A stretch of DNA of 28,416 nucleotides, taken from contig JAZRFO010000088.1 in assembly GCA_045643685.1 (NCBI GenBank), forward strand, positions 1 through 28,416, given 5' to 3'. How positions within the stretch are numbered: the first letter of the stretch is position 1; every line of letters begins with the position of its first letter. The DNA comes from Acutalibacteraceae bacterium. Lineage in GTDB: Bacteria > Bacillota > Clostridia > Oscillospirales > Acutalibacteraceae. The notes beneath the pieces are model-generated. The model had not been told where the DNA came from and searched no databases. It saw only the letters and a list, made by a program, of their open reading frames with translations. Positions 14,707 through 24,837 of this stretch are shown here, one piece after another. Both the position numbers and the translations under genes were made by a program.

Positions 14707-16386
14707 TTGGAAGCATTTGTTACATTGATGGCTTCGGGTATGCGTTATCTTATGCTTTTAATAGTTTTATACGTAGTTGTAAGAATGTTGCTTGCCCTGT
14801 TTTTCAAGAAAACTACCGACCCTGTAAGGGGTAAGCTTGTAAACTCCATAACCGACGAAGAAGTGTTTTTATACGACCGGGAAATATCCCTTGGCAGAAA
14901 TAAAAAATGCGACGTGGTACTGCCTTTTGACACAGTTTCAAGGCTTCACGCGGTTCTCGCGTATCGTAACAGGGGTTTTGTGATTTTTGACACTTTCTCA
15001 AAATCAGGTGTCAGCGTCAACGGCGAAAAAATAGATAAAAAATCCCGTCTGCACCACGGTGACGTTATAGACATAGGCGGTCTCCAATACACTCTGCACG
15101 AGGCACGTTATAAATTTATTAAAGACAGAAGCTCACTTGTTGCAAGACCCTCTTACGGCATAGTATTAATTCTTATAGGGCTTTTTAATATCTGCTCTAT
15201 GTTATTGAATTTATCTGTGAATGGTGAAATTCAACCTCAGATTTTATTGACCTATCTTGGCTTTATTGCGGTGCAATGGTTGTACTTTTTATTTGCCACT
15301 TTTGTTCTGAGAATCCATAATTTCGAACTTGAAATGATTGGGTTTATGTTCACCTCCGTAGGACTTGCTATTGTGGGAAGTATCTATCCCGGTGCGGTTC
15401 TCAAGCAATTTCTTGCGGTGTTAATCGGTGTTGTGGGCTTTTGTGTTATGGTAGTTATAATGCGCAATATTGACACGCTTAAATCAATGCGTTGGGCTCT
15501 TGCGGGAGCATCCGTGCTTATATTAGGAGCAACACTTATTATTGCAGAAACCACCAACGGTGCAAAAAACTGGATTTCTTTGGGTGGTATCTCCCTGCAA
15601 CCCTCCGAGCTGGTGAAAATTGCCTTTATTTTCGCAGGTGCCGTAACTCTTGAAAAATTACAATCCATAAAAAATCTTACAATGTATATCATTTTTGCCA
15701 CTGTTTGTGTGGGTGAACTTTTTCTGATGTACGACTTCGGTACGGCGCTTATATTCTTTTTTACATTTGTTGTTATAGCTTTTATGCGCTCGGGTGACGT
15801 TAAAACTTTGTCGCTTGTTTGCGGTGTTGCGGCTCTTGGTGCTGTTGCAATACTCATACTCAAGCCCTACGTGGCAAGTCGCTTTTCCACCTATCTTCAC
15901 GTGTGGGAGTTTATGGATGAGGGCGGTTATCAGCAGACGAGAACTCTCATATACTCTGCAAGTGGCGGACTTTTCGGCTTAGGACTTGGTAATGGCGAAT
16001 TGCGCAATGTTTTTGCCGCCTCCGAAGACTTGGTTTTCGGTGTGGTCTGCGAGGAATTCGGTCTTGTAATGGGCTTTACAATACCCTTGGTTTACTGTGC
16101 AATTGCCGTGTGGGCAATAATCAACGCCCGAAAAACAAAGTCAACCTTTTATGCCATTGCGGGTGTTGGTGCCATAGCTATGATGTTATTCCAGTCAATG
16201 CTCAGTATTTTCGGTATAACGGATTTATTACCCTTAACGGGTGTTACATTACCCTTTGTAAGCAAGGGTGGTTCAAGTATTATCAGTTGCTTCTGTTTGC
16301 TAGCATATATCAAGGCGATCGATATGCGTACCTTTGCAAACTTCAGGCCACGACTTGAAGCAGAGGAAGGGGGCGAGGCTCAATGA
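14707..16386 (+). CDS. FHA domain fused to a SEDS (FtsW/RodA/SpoVE) peptidoglycan glycosyltransferase
   Basis: TTG start after GGGGAGG; N-terminal TM; FHA motifs LGRNKKCD, VSRLHA, VNG; SEDS motifs GAKNWI, QPSELVK, DFG, GGLFGLGLG, SEDLVF..EEFG, LPLTGVTLPFVSKGGSS. Confidence 0.92.
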   Translation: MEAFVTLMASGMRYLMLLIVLYVVVRMLLALFFKKTTDPVRGKLVNSITDEEVFLYDREISLGRNKKCDVVLPFDTVSRLHAVLAYRNRGFVIFDTFSKSGVSVNGEKIDKKSRLHHGDVIDIGGLQYTLHEARYKFIKDRSSLVARPSYGIVLILIGLFNICSMLLNLSVNGEIQPQILLTYLGFIAVQWLYFLFATFVLRIHNFELEMIGFMFTSVGLAIVGSIYPGAVLKQFLAVLIGVVGFCVMVVIMRNIDTLKSMRWALAGASVLILGATLIIAETTNGAKNWISLGGISLQPSELVKIAFIFAGAVTLEKLQSIKNLTMYIIFATVCVGELFLMYDFGTALIFFFTFVVIAFMRSGDVKTLSLVCGVAALGAVAILILKPYVASRFSTYLHVWEFMDEGGYQQTRTLIYSASGGLFGLGLGNGELRNVFAASEDLVFGVVCEEFGLVMGFTIPLVYCAIAVWAIINARKTKSTFYAIAGVGAIAMMLFQSMLSIFGITDLLPLTGVTLPFVSKGGSSIISCFCLLAYIKAIDMRTFANFRPRLEAEEGGEAQ

Positions 16387-17771
16387 GGACAACCGCTAAA
16401 AGAGGTTTTGTGGTATTGTTGCTTGTAGTAGCAGTAACAGTGGGCTTAAGTATATTGGGAGTGCGTTTTGCAACCAATGGTGAAAAATGGTCTACCCTCA
16501 GAGCTAACGAGCATCTTAACGAAAACGGAAGCTTTATTGCGGCGGGTAATATTACCGACAGGAACGGTGAGCTTTTAGCCCATACGGAAAATGAAAAACG
16601 TATTTACAACGATTCTGAAAGAATAAGACGCTCCACACTTCATATTGTGGGTGATACGGAAGGCTATATATCCTCGGGTGTGCAGACCGCATACAAAACA
16701 AGCCTTACAGGTTATAACCCCATAACAGGTATTTATTCTCTGAAAAAATACGGCAGGGGTAATGATGTGGTGCTTACAATCGACAGTCAGGTAAGTGCGG
16801 TAGCCTACGATAAGCTTGACGGCAGAAAGGGTATAGTTGCCGCCTATAACTACAAAACAGGCGAACTTCTTTGCTCCGTTTCAAGTCCCGATTATGATAT
16901 TGAGAATAAGCCCTCTGCCGAGGAAATCGAAAAAAATAAAAACGGCAAATACGAGGGTATTTACCTTAACAGACTTATTGACGGGCTTTATACTCCGGGT
17001 TCAACCTTTAAAATAATAACTACCGCAAGCGCTATTGAAAATATAGGCGATATAGATAATTTCACATACACCTGTAAGGGTGAAACCATTGTGGATGGGG
17101 TAAAGGTTACTTGTCCTCGCTCCCATGGTAAAATGAATTTTGAGGAATGCTTTGCTAATTCCTGTAACGGAGCTTTCGCTGAAATTTCAAAAATGCTCGG
17201 CAAAGAAAAGCTCAGTGCCACAGCAATGGAATTCGGCTTCGGACAGACCTTCCAATTCGGTAACTCCCAAACAAAGGCAAGTACATTTGATTTGTCCGAT
17301 GCAAGTGTTTCTGATACGGCTTGGGCGAGTGTGGGACAGTATGACACCTTGGTTAACCCGTATCATATGCTTACAGTTTTGGGTGCGGTTGCCAATAATG
17401 GTGAAGCGGTGTTACCGTATACTGTTGACAGTATAAAAACCCCTGCGGGATATGTAGTTGAAAAAGGTACAACAGAAAGTAGGATATATATAACACCCCA
17501 AGTGGCAAACGAAGTTAAGACCATGATGCGTTACACAGTAGAAAACAATTATGGCGACAAGAAATTCAAAGGACTTTCTATGTGCGGTAAAACAGGTACC
17601 GCCGAGGTTTCGGATAATAAAAAGCCCCATTCTTGGTTTGTGGGTTTTTCCGATAACGAAAACTGTCCCGTGGCAATTGTTGTAGTTGTGGAAAACGGCG
17701 GTTGGGGTTCATCTGAGGCTCTACCTGTAGCGTCTGCCACAATGGAGGCAATTTACAAATCCCTTGCGTGA
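16383..17771 (+). CDS. Class B penicillin-binding protein (transpeptidase), cognate partner of the SEDS protein
   Basis: SxxK (STFK), SxN (SCN), KTG (KTGT); N-terminal TM; ATGA overlap with the SEDS stop. Confidence 0.93.
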   Translation: MRTTAKRGFVVLLLVVAVTVGLSILGVRFATNGEKWSTLRANEHLNENGSFIAAGNITDRNGELLAHTENEKRIYNDSERIRRSTLHIVGDTEGYISSGVQTAYKTSLTGYNPITGIYSLKKYGRGNDVVLTIDSQVSAVAYDKLDGRKGIVAAYNYKTGELLCSVSSPDYDIENKPSAEEIEKNKNGKYEGIYLNRLIDGLYTPGSTFKIITTASAIENIGDIDNFTYTCKGETIVDGVKVTCPRSHGKMNFEECFANSCNGAFAEISKMLGKEKLSATAMEFGFGQTFQFGNSQTKASTFDLSDASVSDTAWASVGQYDTLVNPYHMLTVLGAVANNGEAVLPYTVDSIKTPAGYVVEKGTTESRIYITPQVANEVKTMMRYTVENNYGDKKFKGLSMCGKTGTAEVSDNKKPHSWFVGFSDNENCPVAIVVVVENGGWGSSEALPVASATMEAIYKSLA

Positions 17772-17821
17772 TAATGAAAGTATCATTATTGTTAACTTTT
17801 TATTACTAATAGGTTTTTTCA

Positions 17822-17850
17822 TTGACTAATTGCGACAAATAATGTAAAAT
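17822..17850 (+). promoter_or_regulatory. Sigma-A promoter of the ABC operon
   Basis: TTGACT, 17 bp, TAAAAT. Confidence 0.7.
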
Positions 17851-17892
17851 ATTCTTTATGTTGAAAAATTATGACTTGAAAGGCTGAAATAA

Positions 17893-18594
17893 ATGAGTTT
17901 TATTGAGTTTGATTCTGTTTATAAAAGATATAAGATGGGTGAAATCGTCATCAATGCTGCGGACGGTGTTACCTTTAACGTTGAACAGGGCGAATTTTGT
18001 GTTATCGTCGGTGCCAGTGGTGCCGGTAAAACTACCGTTCTTAATATTTTAGGCGGTATGGACGATTGTGACGACGGTAAAGTCCGCGTTGCAGGTGACC
18101 TTATAAACGAATATGACAGTAAGCGTCTTATTGAATACAGACGCTTTGACGTTGGTTTTGTTTTCCAGTTCTATAACCTTGTTCCCAAGCTTACCGCACT
18201 GGAAAATGTTGAACTTGCAACTCAGATTGGTGCAAAGGCACTTAACCCTGCAAAGGTTCTTGAAAGAGTTGGCTTGGGTGAGCGTCTTAACAACTTCCCT
18301 GCACAGCTTTCAGGTGGTGAGCAGCAGCGTGTTTCAATTGCCCGTGCTCTTGCCAAGAACCCCAAGCTTCTTTTGTGCGACGAGCCCACAGGTGCTCTTG
18401 ACTACAATACAGGTAAACAGATTCTTAAACTTCTTCAGGATACAAGCCGTGAAACAGGTATGACCGTTATCGTTATTACCCATAACTCTGCTATCACACC
18501 TATGGCGGACAGAGTTATCTCTATGAAAAGTGGTCGTGTAGTAAGTATGGAAACAAACGACAATCCTGTTTCCGTTGCAGATATTGAATGGTAA
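17893..18594 (+). CDS. ABC transporter ATP-binding protein (LolD/MacB/FtsE-like)
   Basis: Walker [17 protein letters not shown], signature LSGGEQQRV, Walker [10 protein letters not shown]-loop ITHN. Confidence 0.96.
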   Translation: MSFIEFDSVYKRYKMGEIVINAADGVTFNVEQGEFCVIVGASGAGKTTVLNILGGMDDCDDGKVRVAGDLINEYDSKRLIEYRRFDVGFVFQFYNLVPKLTALENVELATQIGAKALNPAKVLERVGLGERLNNFPAQLSGGEQQRVSIARALAKNPKLLLCDEPTGALDYNTGKQILKLLQDTSRETGMTVIVITHNSAITPMADRVISMKSGRVVSMETNDNPVSVADIEW

Positions 18595-18623
18595 ACTTAC
18601 CTATTTGAAAGGATAAAGTAAAA

Positions 18624-21600
18624 ATGACAAAAGCCTATTTTACAGACAGTTTCCGTTCAATAAAACGAACCTTCAGTCGTTTTGTATCCATTATTGCAAT
18701 TGTTGCTCTGGGTAGCGGATTATTCTGTGGTCTTAATGCCGTAGGCCCCGATATGATTAACACGGCGGACACTTATTATAAAGAGTACAATCTGATGGAC
18801 CTCAGATTGCAGTCTTATCTTGGTCTTTATGACGAAGACCTTGAATTGGTTCGCGCGGTAGAGGGTGTTGAATCGGTACAGGGTGTCAAATTCGTTGACG
18901 GTTACGTTCAGGTTAAAAATGCCAAGGATGAATATGAGGGTATAGTTGATATCGACGGTTCCGAGCTTACTGTAAGGGTTATGGGACTGGATATAGATAA
19001 AGCCGTTAACTTTGAAAACGGAGCGGATGACCCTGATTATATAAACCGCCTTAATCTTTTAAGAGACGGCGAACTTAAAGAGGGCAGATATCCCCATGCA
19101 CCTAATGAGTGTGTAGTTACCTGTAGTGGTCTTACCACTCCCGAGCAGTTCAAAATCGGTAATACTATTAAGGTTTCAGGCGATGACGAAGATATTTCCT
19201 ACTACCTCAAACACGATGAACTTACAATCGTTGGTGTTATACAGACTCCCTATTGGGTTTCTTACGAACGCGGTGTTACTACTGCGGGTAGTGGTAAACT
19301 CGGTGACTTCGTATACGTAAGTAACGAGGCATTTACCGAAAGAATAAATTATTATAGTGAAGCCTACATCACCCTTGAAGGTGCCGATGAATACGAGGCA
19401 TATTCTGAAGAGTATGATGAGTTCGTTGATTCTATGCGTCAGGTAATTGCCGAAAAAGCAGAGGATTTTGCGGCACTTCGCAGAGCCTATCTTCTCATAG
19501 GTCTTGAGGACAGGGTCAACGATGGTAAAGTCAAGATAGATAATGCAGAGGCAGCTGTTAATAGCAAATTAGACGAAGGCCGTAAACAACTTGAGGAACT
19601 TTACGAGCTTGAAAAAACAGGTGAGCAACAACTTGCAGAGGCCCAGAAGCTCATGGATGAAGAATACAGTAAGGTTCAGGGTCAGTTACAGTCAGGTAGT
19701 GATGAATATCTTGCCGCCGTAAATGAATATAACGCAAAAGTTACTGCGGTTTCCCAAGGACAGATAGAACTTGCCAACAAAGAAACCGAGTATAATAACA
19801 AGAAAACTCAGGCAGATGCGGCTAAAAAACAATTGGATGAAGCCAACGTTCAGTTGACCATTGCCGAAAAAGAAATTAAGTACATAGGTACACTTATTTC
19901 CACAACTCAGAATACCTTAGAAACTCTTGAAAGTAATCAGAATGTTTCTCAGGAAGACCTGGACCTTGATAAAATAGCTGAAAGACTTGAGGAAACTAAC
20001 CCCGAGCTTGCCTCAATACTTCTTGCGGCATCAGACCTTACTGCTCAGGGTATGGCAGCCGATGCCATTGTTGAGGTTGACCAGCTTCTTGAACAATATC
20101 AGAAAGAGCTTTACTATGCTCAGCTTGAATATGACCAGGGTAAGGCAGAGTATGACAGTAGTTACGCTCAGTGGCAGGATGCAGATGCTAAACTTAAAAC
20201 TGCCAACCTTCAGTTGACCGCCGCCAAAAAGCAGCTTGAGGATGCGGAAAAACAACTTGAAGCATACAAAGAAAAAATACAGTCAAGCGGTAATCAGCTC
20301 CAGTTCGGTGCAATTGAAGCCCAGACAAAGTATATGACCGCTCAGGCAACACTTGCCCTTAAAATGACTCAGTTCCAGAATATCAAGGACACTATTGCTT
20401 CTGCGGAACTTCAGTTTGAAGAAGCGGAAAAAGAAGCAAATCAGAAACTTGGTGTTGTAAAAACCGAGTATCAGAAGGGTGAAAGCCTTCTTCATAATAT
20501 TAAAGAGGGCGTTGGTTGGAGCGTTTACACAAGACACGACAGTCCCGGTTACACGGGTTACGGTCAGGCAGCATCCAATATGGTGCGTCTTGCTTATATC
20601 TTCCCCACATTCTTCTTTATAGTTTCCACAATGGTTTGTCTTACCACCTTAACCCGAATGGTTGAGGAGGAAAGAACTCAGTTGGGTACATTAAAGGCTC
20701 TCGGTTACTCTAACAAAATGATTTCGGGTAAATACTTGCTCTATTCCGCAATAGCAAGTTCCGTTGGTGTGATTTTGGGTATAATATTGGGTTTTGTATT
20801 TGTACCTCTGGCAATATGTGCCGCATGGGGCATTATGTACGAAATGCCCGATACAATAATAAGTTTTATGCCCTTGTACCTTATTCTTGGTGTGATTATT
20901 TCATTGGGTTCAACAATGCTTGCGGCTTTCCTTGCTTGTCGTAAAGAGCTTGCGTCAGTACCTTCTGTTCTTATGAGACCCAAGCCGCCCAAGGCAGGTA
21001 AGAGAGTGTTCCTTGAAAATATCGACTTCATCTGGAAGAAGCTCAGCTTCACCTCCAAGGTTACTGTTCGAAATCTTTTTAGAAATAAAAAGCGTTTCCT
21101 CGTTACGGTTGTCGGTATAGCGGGTTGTACAGCCCTTCTTCTTGCTGCATTCGGTCTTCGTGACTCCATAAGCGGTGTTATTGATAACCAGTATGGTAAG
21201 GGCACGGGTATTGCTCAGTACGACTTCCAGGTTGTTCTTGATGAAGGACAAGCAAATTATTCCGACAGTAAAATTGTTGCAGATATAAATGCCGCCGATA
21301 ATATTGAAGCCTCAATGCTTACATATCTTAAGGTGTGTAAGGGTTATTCTGATAAGAATGATGCGCAACTTGAAGTTGACGTTCTTGTTCCTGAAAATCC
21401 CGCAACCTTTGGCAAATTTATAAACCTTAAACTGAATGAAAAGCCTGTTCCTTTGACGGACGAAGGTGCAGTTATTTCAAAGAAGCTTGCGGATAAGACC
21501 GATGCTAAAATCGGCGATGAAATTACTGTTTCCTGGACAGAAGGCTCAAAAACAGTTGAATATCGGGTTAAAGTTACGGGTATTGTGGATAACTACGCAT

Positions 21601-22208
21601 TCCATTATGTGTATATGACACCTTATTACTACAACCAGATAACAGGTACCACACTTACCTATAACTACCTTTTCTGCCAGATTGCTCCTGATATGACACA
21701 GGGTGAAAAGGTACAGCTTGAAAATACAGTTAACGATATGAAGGGTGTAAGCGGTTCTGTATTTACCACCGTTGTTATTGACAACTTCAATAACATTATT
21801 AAAACCCTTAATCTTGTTATTCTTATGTTTATAGTAGCCGCTATGGCACTTGCTATTGTTGTTCTTTATAACCTCAATAACATCAATGTTAACGAGCGTA
21901 TCAGAGAACTTGCAACCCTTAAGGTTCTCGGCTTCTATAATGGTGAGGTTTCCGCGTACATTTACCGTGAAAATGTTATTCTTACAATTATAGGTATGGC
22001 ACTCGGTATGGTTCTTGGTATGCCTCTTAACGCTTTGGTTATGGGTGTAGTTGATATTGATACTCTTACATTTAAAACAACACTCGAACCTCAGAGCTTC
22101 CTTGTTTCCATATTGTTTACTGCTTTAATGGCGGTGCTTGTCAATGTGATTATGCACTTCAAGCTTAAGAAAATCAGTATGGTTGAGTCACTTAAATCTG
22201 TTGAATAA
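18624..22208 (+). CDS. Large FtsX/MacB-type ABC permease with a long coiled-coil insert (1194 aa)
   Basis: Two FtsX-like repeats (RMVEEERTQLGTLKALG; ERIRELATLKVLG) and a Q/E/K/A-rich coiled-coil region of roughly 350 aa. Confidence 0.92.
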   Translation: MTKAYFTDSFRSIKRTFSRFVSIIAIVALGSGLFCGLNAVGPDMINTADTYYKEYNLMDLRLQSYLGLYDEDLELVRAVEGVESVQGVKFVDGYVQVKNAKDEYEGIVDIDGSELTVRVMGLDIDKAVNFENGADDPDYINRLNLLRDGELKEGRYPHAPNECVVTCSGLTTPEQFKIGNTIKVSGDDEDISYYLKHDELTIVGVIQTPYWVSYERGVTTAGSGKLGDFVYVSNEAFTERINYYSEAYITLEGADEYEAYSEEYDEFVDSMRQVIAEKAEDFAALRRAYLLIGLEDRVNDGKVKIDNAEAAVNSKLDEGRKQLEELYELEKTGEQQLAEAQKLMDEEYSKVQGQLQSGSDEYLAAVNEYNAKVTAVSQGQIELANKETEYNNKKTQADAAKKQLDEANVQLTIAEKEIKYIGTLISTTQNTLETLESNQNVSQEDLDLDKIAERLEETNPELASILLAASDLTAQGMAADAIVEVDQLLEQYQKELYYAQLEYDQGKAEYDSSYAQWQDADAKLKTANLQLTAAKKQLEDAEKQLEAYKEKIQSSGNQLQFGAIEAQTKYMTAQATLALKMTQFQNIKDTIASAELQFEEAEKEANQKLGVVKTEYQKGESLLHNIKEGVGWSVYTRHDSPGYTGYGQAASNMVRLAYIFPTFFFIVSTMVCLTTLTRMVEEERTQLGTLKALGYSNKMISGKYLLYSAIASSVGVILGIILGFVFVPLAICAAWGIMYEMPDTIISFMPLYLILGVIISLGSTMLAAFLACRKELASVPSVLMRPKPPKAGKRVFLENIDFIWKKLSFTSKVTVRNLFRNKKRFLVTVVGIAGCTALLLAAFGLRDSISGVIDNQYGKGTGIAQYDFQVVLDEGQANYSDSKIVADINAADNIEASMLTYLKVCKGYSDKNDAQLEVDVLVPENPATFGKFINLKLNEKPVPLTDEGAVISKKLADKTDAKIGDEITVSWTEGSKTVEYRVKVTGIVDNYAFHYVYMTPYYYNQITGTTLTYNYLFCQIAPDMTQGEKVQLENTVNDMKGVSGSVFTTVVIDNFNNIIKTLNLVILMFIVAAMALAIVVLYNLNNINVNERIRELATLKVLGFYNGEVSAYIYRENVILTIIGMALGMVLGMPLNALVMGVVDIDTLTFKTTLEPQSFLVSILFTALMAVLVNVIMHFKLKKISMVESLKSVE

Positions 22209-22216
22209 ACAAAAAG

Positions 22217-22247
22217 AAAACCTCACAGCTTCGGCTGTGAGGTTTTT
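22217..22247. terminator. Bidirectional terminator between the permease and TetR genes
   Basis: AAAACCTCACAGC-TTCG-GCTGTGAGGTTTT, perfect stem with a UUCG loop. Confidence 0.92.
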
Positions 22248-22256
22248 GTGTGTTAT

Positions 22257-22877
22257 TTAATTTTTAGGTGGTTGGTAATTAAGGTAGTAATCCTTGGTTT
22301 TTGCCGCACCGTTTATGTAGAGGTTTGCGAAGAAGTATGCAAGCTCCTCGGTGGGAATTTTCATACCGTCGTTCATCCAGTCAATAAGAACACCCGTAAC
22401 TGCCGTAAGCACAAAGTTTGTGGAGTAACGAGCGGGGTTATCCTCGGAAAAAACTGCCCTCGTATCGGGGATTTTTTTGAGCATAAGATAACGGATTTGC
22501 TGATAAAGGTGATTGTCACCATCGTGATTTATAATAAAACGGCAAAGTGACTCGTTTTCCTTGCAAACCAAAAGCATTTTGTTTGCGTATTCTGCAAAAC
22601 CCTCAACAGTTGAAAATGAAACGGTTGCTTCGTCTAAAATCTGCTCAAAGGTCTGATAGGCTTCGTTCTGAATTTGTCGGAGCATATCGTGTAAATCATT
22701 ATAATAAAAATAAAACGTTGCACGGTTAACGTCCGCAAGTGTGGTTAACTCGGTAACGGTAATCTGATTAATGTTTTTTGTTTCTAAAAGTTCAAAAAGG
22801 GCATCCTTTAAAGCCTTTTTTGTTCTTTTAACACGTCTGTCAGTGTGGTTGAGGCGACGCTTGTTCTCATTTATCAA
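22257..22877 (-). CDS. TetR/AcrR-family transcriptional regulator
   Basis: DRRVKRTKKAL...ITVTELTTLADVNRATFYFYY HTH. The ORF track starts at 22895; TTG 22877 is a likelier start given AAGGA spacing (start uncertain). Confidence 0.9.
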   Translation of the reverse strand: MINENKRRLNHTDRRVKRTKKALKDALFELLETKNINQITVTELTTLADVNRATFYFYYNDLHDMLRQIQNEAYQTFEQILDEATVSFSTVEGFAEYANKMLLVCKENESLCRFIINHDGDNHLYQQIRYLMLKKIPDTRAVFSEDNPARYSTNFVLTAVTGVLIDWMNDGMKIPTEELAYFFANLYINGAAKTKDYYLNYQPPKN

Positions 22878-22908
22878 TTTACCACATCCTTTCACGCAAT
22901 TCTAAGTT

Positions 22909-22937
22909 ATATTATCATATTTGGAAATATAAATCAA
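22909..22937 (-). promoter_or_regulatory. Sigma-A promoter of the TetR gene
   Basis: TTGATT, 17 bp, TGaTAATAT. Confidence 0.6.
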
Positions 22938-22971
22938 GAGTTTTTGTCAAAAAGGAAAAAACGAAACAATA

Positions 22972-23006
22972 AAAAATACAGGTTTTTCTTGAAAACCTGT
23001 ATTTTT
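22972..23006 (-). terminator. Terminator of the PHP gene
   Basis: 15-bp perfect inverted repeat AAAAATACAGGTTTT/AAAACCTGTATTTTT. Confidence 0.8.
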
Positions 23007-23023
23007 ATACACGGAAATTGCAA

Positions 23024-23704
23024 TTAGTTGCAGATTTCACCATTTTTTATTAATTTGAAGTTACCGCTTTTTAAAATTCGTATCAAATCATCGTTGGTCT
23101 TAATTGGTGTGTCAGTAGCGATTCCTCCAAGCCCCACTCCGCTTATACGGTGACAGTCGCTACCACTGATTTTAATGGATGCATTAATTTCATCCGCCCA
23201 TTTTTCCGAGTTTTGGTTTGCCTCGGGTGAAGCCTTGCCGTTGTAAACCTCGGTACCGTCAAGGTATGGATGATTACGTCTTGTAATCATTTCCCTGAAT
23301 GGATGGGCCTGTAAAACAAGGCAACCTTTTTCGTGAAATAATTTACTTGCTTTTTTAATGTAAAGGGATAAAAGGAAGGGGAGTTCGTATAACATTTCCT
23401 CGGTTATGCCGTAGATAAGGTAATCGTTAATCGTAAGATGAAAACGAAGTTCCATTCCCAAAAGCACGGTGAAATTCTCGTCATTATATTTTTTTGCCTC
23501 GCGGTAAGCACGAAGATAGTGGTCAATAGCCTTTTTCTTACTGAAAAAATCGGGTAAATCAAAGGTCATGGGCGAGTAGTGGTCCGTAAGCACAATACCA
23601 GAATATCCGGCGGCTTTATATTGCTCTATAAGTTCTTTGATTTCCAACTGACCGCAACGGCTTACAAGCTTTGTATGGCAATGGGTTTCGTATTTATATT
23701 GCAT
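23024..23704 (-). CDS. PHP-family phosphoesterase
   Basis: Metal-binding motifs HCHT, LTDH, GME, AHP, GSDCH. Confidence 0.9.
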   Translation of the reverse strand: MQYKYETHCHTKLVSRCGQLEIKELIEQYKAAGYSGIVLTDHYSPMTFDLPDFFSKKKAIDHYLRAYREAKKYNDENFTVLLGMELRFHLTINDYLIYGITEEMLYELPFLLSLYIKKASKLFHEKGCLVLQAHPFREMITRRNHPYLDGTEVYNGKASPEANQNSEKWADEINASIKISGSDCHRISGVGLGGIATDTPIKTNDDLIRILKSGNFKLIKNGEICN

Positions 23705-23735
23705 AATGGCTCCTTAATATTGAATTAACCCTGCT

Positions 23736-23764
23736 ATTATATAATAAAAGTAAATAATTAGCAA
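23736..23764 (-). promoter_or_regulatory. Sigma-A promoter of the PHP gene
   Basis: TTGCTA, 17 bp, TATAAT. Confidence 0.6.
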
Positions 23765-23801
23765 TTTTTTTTACAAAACTTCAAAGAATGTTAATATTTT
23801 C

Positions 23802-23830
23802 TTGCAAAAAGATAAAAGCTATTGTATTAT
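23802..23830 (+). promoter_or_regulatory. Sigma-A promoter of the beta-propeller gene
   Basis: TTGCAA, 17 bp, TATTAT. Confidence 0.55.
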
Positions 23831-23866
23831 TGATTTTGTAAATAACTTCGTTAAGGAGTGACAGTT

Positions 23867-24724
23867 ATGGGATTTTTTGAAAGTATTTTGGCTTTTTTGG
23901 TAGCCATCTGTATGGTTTTTACAGGATTTATGGATTACGGCACACCCGAAGCTACTAAGGAAGTTGAACTTATTAAGGAAGAAAAAATGGTTCTTGATGC
24001 GGCTATGTACGCAGGTCAGGGTATCACAACCGATGGGGAGTATTTCTATACCTCAGGTTCGTTGACCGCCCTCGGCATTGCAGGTCTCGCTAAATGGGAT
24101 GCTGAGACTTTTGAACAGGTTGCAGTTAATAAAAAGGCAATCCCCCAAGAATATATTGATGCTCACGATACGGACCATATAGGTGGTATCAGTTATTACG
24201 ACGGTAAAATTTACGCCGCGGTGGAGAATGCTACCGAGGATGTTAACTTTATAATTACCTATGATTGCGAAACCCTCGAAGCAGTGGATAGCTACGTAGT
24301 ACGTACCGACCTTTTGACTGACGGTATTCCGTGGTGTGCAGTTGATGCGGACAATGGTTACCTTTATTGCTCACCCTTTAACGAAACAGATTATATCGTA
24401 GCCTGTGACCTTGAAACTATGGAGTTTTCACATATAATAGAACTCTCCGACACAGTTTATCGCATTCAGGGTGGCGAGGTGTATGATGGTGTGCTTTACC
24501 TTTCTAATGACGCTAAAAACGGTGACGATAAAATCCTTACTGTTGACATTGCAACAGGTGAAGTAAATACACTCTGCAAACGTTCATTACCCTCATTAGC
24601 AGGTAACGAGGCGGAAGGTCTTACAATCTGCCCCATGGATGACGGTACATTCATCCACGTACTTGACTACGATAAAACAGTAGGTGTATACGTAAGACAC
24701 TACAAATTAACAGAAGTAGAATGA
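23867..24724 (+). CDS. Hypothetical membrane-anchored/secreted protein, probable beta-propeller (about 285 aa)
   Basis: ATG 23867 after AAGGAG; N-terminal hydrophobic segment; repeating blade-like motifs QGITTDGEYFY, GGISYYDGKIY, QGGEVYDGVLY, EAEGL; acidic composition. Confidence 0.8.
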   Translation: MGFFESILAFLVAICMVFTGFMDYGTPEATKEVELIKEEKMVLDAAMYAGQGITTDGEYFYTSGSLTALGIAGLAKWDAETFEQVAVNKKAIPQEYIDAHDTDHIGGISYYDGKIYAAVENATEDVNFIITYDCETLEAVDSYVVRTDLLTDGIPWCAVDADNGYLYCSPFNETDYIVACDLETMEFSHIIELSDTVYRIQGGEVYDGVLYLSNDAKNGDDKILTVDIATGEVNTLCKRSLPSLAGNEAEGLTICPMDDGTFIHVLDYDKTVGVYVRHYKLTEVE

Positions 24725-24756
24725 ACTTAAAGGGACGGTGATTACAGTCCATTTTT

Positions 24757-24801
24757 AATTAAGAATTAGGAATGAAGAATTAGGAATTTTGGGGCAAAGC
24801 C
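24757..24801 (+). repeat. Heptamer-tract / mini-hairpin repeat, copy 3 (more divergent, opposite orientation)
   Basis: AATTAAG AATTAGG AATGAAG AATTAGG AATTTTG followed by GGC-AAA-GCC. Confidence 0.7.
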
Positions 24802-24837
24802 GATTATAAGATTAGGTTGTGAAAAGCGATAGTCTCG

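Noticed and set aside
17770-17790. GATAATGA-AAGTA-TCATTATT inverted repeat resembling a Fur box
   Set aside because: The half-site spacer is 5 bp rather than 3 bp, it overlaps the PBP stop codon, and it lies about 30 bp upstream of the ABC -35 box; insufficient support.
18624-22208. Coiled-coil insert in the permease as a novel fusion
   Set aside because: Roughly 1100-1200-aa FtsX-type permeases with a long coiled coil are a common Firmicute architecture.
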